Below are positions 37,701-49,700 of a DNA stretch of 64,000 nt, piece by piece. This DNA is from Raillietiella orientalis (taxonomy: Eukaryota): contig JAYWIR010000041.1 of the NCBI GenBank assembly GCA_036172245.1, positions 1,426,001 through 1,490,000 of the forward strand, given 5' to 3'. The position numbers and the translations under genes are program-made. Each line of letters begins with the position of its first letter. Within the stretch, counting starts at the first letter, position 1. The notes beneath the pieces were generated by a model. The model searched no databases, was not told where the DNA came from, and saw only the letters and a program-made list of their open reading frames with translations.

Positions 37701-40430
37701 TCGACCGATTCTCGACGAGATGGAAAATTGCTACAGGCCGTACGTAAGTTCAGAGGACAATTGTCATGATACTGTGATCGATCGGAAAGGTGAAACAAGA
37801 GATCTCTTTCTACTGACATCGATTCTCTAATGGTAGCAGACTGCTTGATGCTCTACAGGTTTACGTGGTCTCTAGGGCCCCGAAGGCAAACCGACATACT
37901 TTCTTTCTTTTTTAAGGATTCAACGATGAACTCCACGGAAATTCTAGAATGCAGAAATGTACGGAAACCTCACAAGAGCAGCATAATTGCTAATAGGAAG
38001 TCCCGTGTATTGATTAATTTGAACACGGAGTGCATGTCTGTGCACGTTTCCCAAACATGCAACCAGTTGGAGCAATTTCCTCGCAGCCAGTAAATTACAA
38101 AGAGATCCTATCCTTTTGCTTCGAGTGATTCTGAAACTTCCCAAGTGCAATCATTAGAATATACCCCCCCACCCTACTTTGTATCTGGCAGAACGCTGAT
38201 GGTAAGAGTGCGATGCTCCTCCTATTTCGAGCTTAGGTGCTTGATTAGGGATAAACTCTGGAATCGACAAGAAGTAAGAACGAGAGGAGCTGATCTGACA
38301 GAGACTGGCAGAAGAAAGCTTCCCTTTGCTCTGCAGTGGAGCGTGACAAAGATGAAGCCACATTCGGAAGAAGCCGTCTGATCGCGCACACGAAGCGACA
38401 GCCTCGAGTGCCTGCAACCACGAATGCCTCCCAGGGTTCAAAAGAATCTTCCATGGAGGGCAAGACTGTGGACTGCTCTGGCAGATCATCAACCGAATTG
38501 AATAAATACGAGCACTTCTGTTGCTCCAGACGCCTTCTTGCTGCCACAGACAAGCTCCGGGAGAGAGATCTTCAAGTAGGAAAGAGGACGAACCGAAACA
38601 CAAACAAGTTTGTGAACAAAGTCACCCGAAGCAGACGTTCCATTTCGCAAAGATGGCTTGAGAATTCACGGTTCCGACTTCCGTTTCGAAGCTGGTGGGA
38701 TACCTCTGCTCGGGAGGGGCTTCACTCGAATGTGGTCACCAACGACGGACGGTAATAATCGTGCCAGACTTTCCCCTATGACCACTCAGCAGCAGTGTCA
38801 GAAGAGGCAAGCCACAAGGAGAACAAATTGCTCTTCTCTTCGTCCCCCAGAGGAGCGCTCGAGATCCTAAGAGCGCTCGCCTTAGAGTCTTGAGACCCAG
38901 AGAACAACGCAGTACCGAGGAAATTTACAATTCCGAAGAGGCAGACAGAGCACATCAGAAAGGAAGTGGTGTGTGGTGAAGCCGGTCAACGCCCACACTG
39001 GAAATAACCCTCAGAAACCACAGCTTCGTCATTAGAGTGAGTTAGCGGAAACAGCCAGGCTCTGAGAAGATGACGGAAAATTCAACCGAGGTGAAGATGG
39101 GGCCTTTCATTTGTTTGTTCTGCATGGAATCATCAAGGCATCAGCCATCTCAGCATGAATAGGAACTTTAAACGGAAATTCTCTCGATATCTCTCGAGCT
39201 CACTTTTGGATCAATCGCGGTTACTACAGCAGCAGAGGCTGGATGGCTACAGATACGAGGATGCGGAAAGTTCGAGGCAGGAACCGACTAGGAAAATGAC
39301 CGTGTGTTTGAACAGGGTCATAGCCGTTAATGTTTGGCCTGATACAGGAGGGAAATTCGGAAGCAGATGTTTGGCCGCTTTACGGAAGCAGATGTTTGGT
39401 CACTTCTTTGTGAGAATGAGGAGTCCGCTTCAAAGTTCAGTGCTGATGGTAGAGAAGAAGCGAACCCAATCCATTTTAATTTTTAGAGGGGAGGAATGGA
39501 ATTAATTTATCTCTGAAAGAGTCTTGGCATTCTTGATTGACTTCCGGAATTTACTTGCTCGTTCAAAAAAAAAAAACGCTCTCGCTGAGATACGCGGTTT
39601 TGCTGCGCCTCTTTTGCAACTGTGGCTGCCCATCCCTTAGGAGGAGGATGTTTTTTTTTTTTTCTACTGAGATCTGCATAAGTTTCGCCGTTTCAAGAGT
39701 TTGTTCAGCAAGGGCTGAAATTCGGTGAAGAAGAAGGATTTCATTTTTTTCTTTTCAATGGATACCCCACATACACGGTTTGTACTCTCTCTTCAGCTGA
39801 TTTAGTCACTCAGTTTAAATAGAGATCTGTAAAGACCGCAGACGGACAGAAAAGGAGATTCTGAAGAATAGGGGGAGCCCCCCCCCCCCCGTAACCCTAT
39901 TTAATTGTGTCCCCAAAATAAAATAAAAGTCGATATCTGTAAAGAAAATGAAATATAAAGACAATCACACACTTCATAATTATGTAGAGTGGAATAGAGT
40001 TTTCAGCTGCCATGAATTTTTTTTTTTTTTGTTTTTTTTAGTCTTAGGTGTGCACAACTCGTGGTCATGGGAGAGTGAAGCCACCATTCTTGGGTTCCCT
40101 ATTTCGACTTGATAATGATATGAGTAAATCTTTGCTCCAGTTTTCTTAAAACACTCGGAAGAGATCACTCATCTCCACAGAACAAATTCGGAGAGACCTG
40201 AGGCTTTAGGGGATGACATTCGACCCCCACGGGAAAGGATTGCCTGGGAGCTCAACAAATTTTCTTGGAAACGAATATTTGGAAGTTGTGTTCTCAAGAT
40301 GAGGAAGAGATTTTACAATTTTGCCTTTTCATGTTTTCCATCATACTATTACGAACGCGGACCGCAGGGGAAATAAAACTGAAAAAAATAATAAAACGAT
40401 GAAGAAGTGCATTTTTTTCTTTGGCTTTGA

Positions 40431-40469
40431 CTGATTTTCATTACGGGCAACACCTGTAATGAAAATCGG
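40431..40469. repeat. Inverted repeat/hairpin with 12-bp perfect core
   Basis: gattttcattac-gggcaacacct-gtaatgaaaatc; stem extends to about 17 bp with G-T pairs. Confidence 0.8.
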
Positions 40470-43400
40470 CTCTTTTCGAACTTTTAATAGCATCTGAAGT
40501 GACTATTTGCAAGAGTGACTATTCATTCTACTTCTTGCCAGTGGAAGAATTGGTGAATTTCGTCATGTTTCTGATTCGAAATCCAGTTTCTGCAACTGGG
40601 AAAACTCTTTTTATACATCTGCAATGCACCAAGAATGAAAGCCTCCAGCCATGTAATGCTAAGGCTTGTGATACTCTCAAATACAGAAGGAAGGGGGGGA
40701 AAGGTACTTGAACTTCACAAAAGCATTTATTTTCTTTCCGTGTATGTGTCCTGCGCAAACTTTCCGTAAAAATTTTCAAGAACATTGCATTCCTCAGTGT
40801 TTCCTGGTTCTTCTCCAAGACAAAAACTTCGTGAGTCTCTCACTCGTCTCCATGCTTCTCAGCCATCTCCGGCGAAAAGAGAGTGCTTTAGAAACGAAAC
40901 TTCCAAATGGGCTATCAGTGCGGACGTCAGTGTATTTCCAGGTAGGAGGCAGCTGAATGCTAACTCTAAAGGCTGCTTAATACGAGTAAGTGATATCAGT
41001 CTGGAGATAATACGTTGAAATACGACTTCAGAGTAAGGTTATATGTACTGTCAAAAACTTAAACCCAAATAACAAATGAAGATCCATAATATGGAAGCAG
41101 TAAGTTGAAATGAACATTGCATAAGCAAACTCATATAAATCCAAAAACGCATGACACAAATGATAAGTATTGATGACAAGGATAAGTTTATGGCAAGGTA
41201 TAGTTTACAATATGCTGCCATTTTTCTTCGGGTGTGCCAAAAGGACGGCAGCACCCACCGTTACGTGTTCATCGTGCTCCATTGAACGAATTGACACCAG
41301 TCTCATTTCCAATATCTACGGAGAAAGTAGAAGATTTCATTGCTACCAATCAAGCAGCTCCAATCTCTGAATGTTTACATCAGACCGTTCTCAGACGGCA
41401 TCGCCCTTGCCTGTTCCTCCCTCTGCAACGATTATCGTAAAAGAGAAATGCCGATCAAAAAAATAGGCTCGCTTCCCTGTGATAGGCGCCAAGGCAACAG
41501 CATTCAAAAGTAACGCATCACAGTGAGAATCGGAGGAGGAGCAAAAGGATTCCGAAGAACGAAACGCAGGTGACAGCGATTCGCAAAGTGTGGAGCACAT
41601 TTGAGAAACTCCAAGAGCACTTTTTCTTCCACAGACTGCTGTGCTTTCGTTTGAAACCCAGGCGGCTCCAAAGGCTAGGGGGTCCAGAAAACGTAGGGAT
41701 CGTTCAAATCCAAATGAGGGAGCATTCCGGGTGCCATCACAAACGTGTTTTCTAAATTCTTCAGTATCCGTTATGACTCACTCCTGCATGTTGCATTGTG
41801 TGCTGTCATGTGTTACCGTACAAGTCACGCTTTGCAGCACTTATGCGTGCACCTTCCTTGGTGCATTTGCAGCACGGGATTGGGTGTGGAAGATCATCGC
41901 ATGTTGCACCAAGGTGTCGAGATATGTCGAATAATGAAAAAAGAAGATTCGTGTCAGAGGCTTTCAATGAAAGAAGCAGATGCGCACACGTTCATCTGCT
42001 GCCTATAGTATGTACATGCATTTGCGTATAAGGTGAATACATGGATCCAGGCATTCTGACGGAAACAAAGTTTTTATTTGCTCGTCGTTTCCCCCCCATC
42101 TTTGTATCACATTTTCTGCATCAACATAGCCGTCGTCTTTCACTGCGGGTTGGGATTTTTCCACCGTTTGGACGCATTTCATGCAGCTTCCCATTTCAGG
42201 CGTATGCTCAAAGCACTGCCATCACTTTTGTTTTATATGCTCGCATCCGATTAATATGCGCCTCTGCAACGCATAAAGAGTTGCGGCAGACAATGTAAGC
42301 ATACGTGAAGACTACAGAGCTCGCAAGATGCATCTGTACAGAAGACGCATGTATTTGTTTGTGTCATCTCTCCCCAGTAATGATGCATGGGGCAAAGGAC
42401 CGAACAGCTTCGTTGGGGATCCGAGCCGAGAGATGAACCAAACGAGAGAATTCCAATGGAACAATCGAAGCAGTCCTCATATGTGAATGATTCGATTAAA
42501 ATGATTGATTACCTGAAAAGAACGACGTCAAAAGTAAACTTGGCGGGCATCTGTGAGGAGCGCAAGATTAATGGACGAACGAAGCGGACTCTTGAGTAGA
42601 AATGCGATGGCCAAAAAAGAAAAAAAAAAAAAAAAATGAAAGAAAGAAAGAAAAAAGGAAAGGGGGATAGAATGTATTAATTCGGGTTTGATGACCTCCC
42701 GCTTAATGAATTGGTCAGCATAAGACTATTAACCAAAATGAAAGACAGCCGAGAAGACTATCGATTCACGATGGAGAGCCACTCTGACAACGAGAGATCC
42801 TTCCTCCTTCATGAGAATTTCTGCTGCCATCATGATAGAAATTTGATTTCCTATTGTTCGGTTCCCTGCCTCTTTGTTCGTGCTCCTGTGGAATCTCTTA
42901 ATAGCCACAGAAAATTTATTGGCATAGCACTGCATTCACTCTCTGGAGACATTCTACGAGATCCGGATCCCTGTCTAGGACGAAAGGGTCCCTGTTACCT
43001 GCAAGCAGCACCGATCAAATCAGTGCCAGAGAGCAAGAAGGGAGGATGCTGCGGATTCGTGGCTTTGTGCCAACTGCCCTATCGACTCCGGTGGCAAACT
43101 TGCTGACTCTTCGCGTTCGGGGTCTTACTCGGGGATATTAATTTCTTGAGAATAGTGCAGCTCGTCCTTCGCAAAAAAGGGACCTTGGTTTGGAAAATGA
43201 TAAAATCTGAGTTGCGGCCCACTTTGCGTCCACAGCATCCTTACGGACAACTGACATCCGTTAGAATCCACATAAGCGTGCCAGTGTGGCTGGAATTTCG
43301 CTTGGAGCCACGAATTTTGAGTTCGCAGAGAGTGTGCAGAAGCTCTTGCTTAAGCTAAAACAAGCTCACACTTGATGCTGAGCTTTCAAATTTTGAATGA

Positions 43401-45167
43401 AGATAAAAGACACAATGCAGTATACGAAAAGATGGGAGCAGATTAGTGGCAGTCAGCAGTTGGAACTGACTCAGAGGTAGACGATATGGCACAGGAAATC
43501 CTTCCAATCACTGAAACAGGAGGAATTTGCTTTTGTTGAAGAGACTGCCTTCAACCAAACTTCTAATGTCTTTCAGAAATCTAAACATAAGCTATTCATA
43601 GACGCAAAGAAGCGTTGTTCATTAACAGCTAAATAAACTCTAATCATTACTGTCGACGCTCTTTGTGAACTCATTTATCAATTATGAATGCAGTTTATTT
43701 ATGAACTGGAATCATTGCTTGGAGATGCAAGTTTGGTAAGGAATCCCAAAGGGTTTCCTGATCACGATGTATCTGTGTCGAGACAAGTCTTCGCAACAAG
43801 CTGCAAAGGACTGCTCAATACTAAGTGAGTGTTGCATGGATTCCACGCAGGAGCTTTCCTCAAAAGTCAGTCAAAAGCGAAACTCGAACTGATTCATCAA
43901 GATTATGGATGAGAGAAAGCGACTGTTCAGTAAGCCAGTGAGCCAGCTGATCACTTTGGAAAAAATCTAGCAAGGAAGCACAGATGACAGCAAGGCCTCT
44001 TTACAACAGCTCCAAAAAGTCGTAGGTATGCTGCTCAAGGTAACTACGGACGATCGCGTTGAGGAAACTGAGGTACTTTGCGGCGAGAGAGTTTGCCTTG
44101 GATTCGAAACTTCCCTAGACACAAATGTCATCATTAGTATTGGCTAAAGGCTCCATTGAGAATTCATGAAGAAGGTCAAACTTCATGTATTTCATGGAGC
44201 TGGAACGCCAAGAGTCCATTTTTTCACAAGTGAGGATCACTGACTCCCTTATTGGCTTGGACCCTGCGTGATCGAAGGCTTGATATTGGGACTGGCAAAC
44301 TTTTGCCTCCTCTCAGTTCTTCCTGATTTCTACGACCATGCTCGATGGGTTGCCTTTCGCAACCCAAACTCTCCGTCGTTCAACAGACAGACCGTTTCAT
44401 GGAATAGCTCATAGTGCTGCATGCAAGCAAGGGGAGGAGGTGGAAATATTTTCCTAAACGCTTCAATTGTTCTTGGTTTTGCATGAAATCTTCTTTTCTG
44501 CAGCAGCATGTGGGGATGTGCCTAAGTAGGCAGTTAATCGCATCGAACGTCATGGAAGAGGAAGGTGCAACTGAAATGGGCAATGTTTTCATCGATGAGG
44601 GACGTCCTGGAAAAGTGCTGCCAGAAGCTTAAGAATGATCCGCGCTTTTCCCGAAGAAATGAAAATGAATCCTCCATTAATAGTCAAAAAGAAAAAGTGA
44701 GAACCAAAATGAAGGATGATCATGTGGCTAATCTGGCCGGCGTGGTAGACCTGTCTTTTGGTAACTCCTGTTATACTACACAGATTTTCCATCTAAATGC
44801 AAACACTAACACTTCTTTATCTGGAGTTGACAGATATTCGAGTATTTTTATTTTAGCTTTTTTACCAATGCTTTTCTAAACTGCGGAAATTTTTTCCAGC
44901 CGAAATATCCTTTTAACCAAAGGAAGGAAATCCTCACCACACAGTTAATAAGTTCATGTGAAAAAATCCTCATTATGCGAAATTTTGTTGCAAAGGTGTT
45001 GTCAGAATGGCTGTTCCAAAAGCATGAGTTGAAATTTTTTTTACGTAGAAGCCGTTTCTAAAGAGGAGAAAATCTTCTGGTAAGTGATGAAACGAATCGT
45101 TGCGTTAGGCATTTGAATATGAGCCCTCTTCAGCGTACTTCAAAAGCTTTTCCTCAGAGTTCAAGAA

Positions 45168-45248
45168 ACTACCTCCTTTTTCTCATCTGGTTCAACTGCC
45201 TCCTTTTCCTCGTCTGCTTCAACTGCCTCTTTTTCCTCGTCTGGTTCT
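45168..45248. repeat. 27-bp minisatellite, 3 imperfect copies
   Basis: Unit approximately actgcctccttttcctcgtctgcttca; minus strand reads EPDEEKEAV-EADEEKEAV-EPDEKKEVV. Confidence 0.85.
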
Positions 45249-46724
45249 TACTCCTACTGCCGTAAATGCATACATGGGTAATCCCGAGCATTTGAGAGTT
45301 AGCCATCGCAGTTCCCTTGGATTTGCAAATGTTCACTCTTATTGATCTTCCAATCATCACCAAAAACTTTTGCGAAGGCCTTTCCTTTTTCGAGCACACT
45401 TTGCTAACGGAAACAAAAAAAACGGTTTTCATCAGTGACATCGTAAAACGGAATGCGCTTTAGTTCTTGCAGCAAGTACACTTCAGGTTCTGAAGCATTC
45501 AGAACAAACAGGTGTGTTTTTTTCTTCTTTTTATAAATAAGATATATACCTACCGACAGTCCCTCGTGACAGTAAATCTGTTCACATTCTTCAAGGATGG
45601 GGGGGGAGAAAAGATCAAAAGGAAAAAGTATAATCAAACGGAGCTTCTGTTGTGGACATTTCAAGAATATTCATTATCACGAAGAAAATCATTACTATCT
45701 TTCAAATCATTTCGGAAAGAAACGAAATCAGCGATCAAAAGGAAGGGTACTTTCGAAAATATGCTAATCATCACGGTGAGAACTTACGGCGGAATCATTC
45801 CAATGAGAGGTCATGCAGATCGAATTCTTCAGTGACATTCCTATTCAGAGTGAGACCACGAACACGTTGCAGTGGTGAGCCGGCAGTGCACTTCCCGAGT
45901 GTACACCAACGAAGAAAAATGCAGCCGAATGTCCACACTTTGTGCTGACGATGACGAAGGCATGTATTGGAACAGACTCCCTATAAACCGCAAAGGCATA
46001 GTAAAACCAGAAATAAAATAGAAAATTTCGGCTAGTACTATGTAAATGAGGATTCCTCAATGGTACTCAGGAGATTGCGCCGAATATCCAGTTATATTGA
46101 AGGCAGAGGACCGATAAAAAAGCGATAAGTATCAGCATCTGGAAGCATCTCCGTGGACAGAAACCGAAACTCTGGAAGAATCGATTCAAAAATTTTTGGT
46201 GCGGTTTTATTAGATGCTGCTACTGAAGATAGAAACACGGCATATGAGAACTGGATCGCATATTTTTAACTTGAAGATATGTAGCTGAATCAGGGGAAGA
46301 GCTAATGAGCTCAAAAGTGAGTCCAACATAAATTCAAGGATGATGATGATAATTCAGTAACGAAGACTCTGTTTTCGAATCTCAATAGTTGGTTCCTCAA
46401 GTTCGAAAAGGCGCGAGGAATCCTTCAGACTCGACACGTTTAGCATTTTCACTCTCAACTGACGCATACATAAGTTCATTGTATTTACTCAAAAATGGAA
46501 TTTCACATGCTTGATTCATCTGTTCACTATGATGAGATCGGAAACAACGTACTGGAGCTGTACGAAGTGTGCAGAACCATTCTAAAAATCATTCCGTGGA
46601 ATGAACGGTGAGAGTACAAAGACTCGCCACATCAAACCGAAGTACACTCATAAGAAGACAGCTGTGCAGTATGGAGTCTCGTACTGGGAAAAAAAAGAAA
46701 AAGAAATAAATTCACTATCGCAGG

Positions 46725-46752
46725 ATTAAGTACCTGTAAGCAGGTACTTAAT
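46725..46752. repeat. Perfect 12-bp inverted repeat, 4-nt loop
   Basis: attaagtacctg-taag-caggtacttaat. Confidence 0.85.
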
Positions 46753-49700
46753 ATGTTGTAAAAGGCTCGGTCAGTGACGCAGAGCTTCGTCCAAAATATT
46801 AAAGCAAGCAAGCACCGGTGATATATCTACAACGTTATGGGTCTGAATTCGTAGGTAACCTATAAAATCAAGTGAGTGAACTCGAAGGTTTCAGAGGAGA
46901 GACAATCTGTGAGAGGAAGGTTGAAAGAAAATCTCAAATAAAGGTTGCTCGGACAGGAAAAAACTGCGCACACAGCTTGTCGGGTAATCAGCACAGTAAT
47001 TGAGTATTAGAGGCCCATTCCCTTTTTCTCTTCCCTCAAACTAGGATATCTGCGAGCTATCCGAAAACTCGATACGTGAGTTTCCTTCGTGGGGAGGAGT
47101 TAAGCCAGCAGCTGTTCCTGTTCTCCGATAAGCCCGGTGAAGTCCCATGTTTTCTGCTTCGGAACGAAATCGCTCTCAGGTGCCACCGTCTGCTGAGCCA
47201 ATTCTGCCGAATGGAAAAGCGTCGACGTAACTGCGTCAGTTCGAAAGGATTTTGATCTTTGAGATGATGCCGATGCTCGACCTCCAAGAGTCACTTGTTG
47301 GTCAGCATCTGCACAGTTCGTCCTGCGCTGGAAAATCGGAGGAATCTAAAAATGCATGCGTGCATCTTCGCGTGTCTTCTTGCATAGTATGTCGTTCTTT
47401 GTCCTATTTGCTTCATTGCGGTAGTCAGCCTCCATTAAATCTTGAAGCGCCACACCTCGGCGATCGCAGGAGCGACGTAAGGAGCTTGTGGGCATGAGTC
47501 CTTTCTTGTTTCCACTTCATCAGCAGGCACTTGCCGAATGTCAAGGATTTCACGAGTTGATTTCCAAACGGAAATTGCAGGAGGAATGGCAGCTTCCTCG
47601 AGTAAGCAGCTTTGGTAATTACTAGAGGATCGAAGCAGACAAATGGGTTCACAGTCACGGAAAAAGAGGAGGTGCCTGCCCAGAAGGTTGATTTGAGTGC
47701 ATTATTTTCTCCAAGAGCTCGTGTCGGCATGGGCATTCGTCTTTAGTGGTATCCAGATATCGACGATGATTGCGAGGTTAAAAAAAGGTTTAAAAAAAAA
47801 AAAAAAAAGAAGGAATTTCGGAGGGTGATCGCTGTTCTTTCTGCTGAAGGAGCGAAATGGAAAGGAAAAGCTCATCCGCTTCCTCCCTTGGCCTCATTTT
47901 TGCACTTGGCTGAAGTGCCCAGTGGATCGGCACCTCTTGCGAGACGGCGAGATCATCCTCCCTCCCACAATTCCGTTTTCCACGCTTGCATATATGGCGC
48001 TGAACGAAGCAAAATGGGTTAACATCTGTGAAACCCCGTGCCTCCACAGATGAATGTCAGCTTCCGTGATACTTTGAGTAAACACTTTCGGACGAACACT
48101 TCCTCATCCGAAGAAACAGGGGTTCTGTTTGCATATGCCTGCTGTTCTTCTCCCTCTGTGCTTGCTTGAACACTTGGCGAGGAAAAAAAACCAAGTGTTC
48201 CCACTCTGTGCCCCCAAGAAAACGGGAAAGGGGAACTGCGAATGCGCTCCCAACGAGTCTCAGAATTCTGTTCTTCACAGAACACCTCGTCCACTCTGGC
48301 TCAGTAAACTATTCAGAGGATGATTTCAACGAAAACGTGGTGCCTGAAATCCTTCCCGAGCCTTTATGGAAAGACTTTCATTCCATCAGAATTGGAATCC
48401 TGCGATGGAGCACATTTTGGAGATCAGCGGATTTCTTCCTGTGTTTGCTTCACATGCAAATGGCAAACGCTCTTATCTTAGATCAATCCACCGGATTCAC
48501 ATCTCTGAGGGCTCACCGCGTTAAATTGGGATTCCATTTCCGAAGAGGATCCCTCGTTTTATTGATCGGGAGTTTTGCATTGGGGAGGCTGCGAACTTCA
48601 AATGCGATTACGCACAATGCTGCTCCCTCTATACTTTTAGGCAAAAGAATCCCTCGAGTTGATGATTCTTACTAACGAATTGCACTTTTTTTTTTTTTAA
48701 TTTGAGTTGCGTAAGCTTGACTAGAAGTCAAAACGTCCGCAGCTTGAGTCCATAGTTTTCAAGGCCCGCACGTTTCTATTAGGGAATAACGTCAAGAGGC
48801 CACTGGGCAGCTCGGCAATCAATGCTGCGTCCCAAGGAAATTGTTTTGTTTTCTCTTGAAGTCTCAGTTGTTATGGTAATGTTGCTGTCCTTCGCAGCTC
48901 ACCTGTTGCTTTCAGTTTTACCGAGCCCTGCTCTGGTACACCATGTGGCATCCATTCCTGGCAATGATGAGATGGTCAACCCGAAACTCTCAAAGCACGT
49001 GGTGTCCTGATGTTTTCTACGGTTTCTGGGGAAGAGTTGCTGCTTCGGAGCACTCTTCCCAACCGCGTGGGAGGACAAGCATCTCTTTTGGGATGGTTTG
49101 CTGACCAAGTAGAGGGAGTCACGGTACGAGAAATTTGCTTCTGTGAAAATTTTACGGCACCAAAAAGAATTTTCCAGATGGAAGTTTTTCTTTTCCTTTG
49201 ATGAGAAAAGTTTGCAGCACTTCAGCAGCTAACTGCAAAGAACCGTGATGGATTGGTGTATGGAGGACTGACTTTAAGGTAACTTTCAAGGATTTAAAGG
49301 GAAACTTTGAGTGATCCAGAGGACGAGAGTTGCAGAGACTCGGTGAAACGCAGCAGCTTCAGTTGTTTGCTTCATACCCTGAGGACAAATGCCCAAGTTT
49401 CCAGCCCTCCAAAAATTAATTAGTTAGGATAGATGAATCCACAAGTCGAAAGAGCGAATCCTGCTCCGGAGGACCAGTTTTAAGTTTTTAGCTCGAGAAT
49501 TTCGCACGTAAGGGAGTTTAGTTGCTCTGCTTCTCTCGCTGCTGCCTATGAATTTGGATTTTGCTCTGATGTGTGTCTCTTGCTACATGTGTCTCTCTAG
49601 ATTTGCACCCCAGATTTTCCTTCACTCACTTGGGAAAGGCATGCGTTTCACTGCATTCTTCTGGAGAAGAGGAGGAGGATCTGTAGGATACGCCATTTTG

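Noticed and set aside
45340..45385. FGDD resembling RdRp motif C
   Set aside because: No upstream motif A or B at the expected spacing
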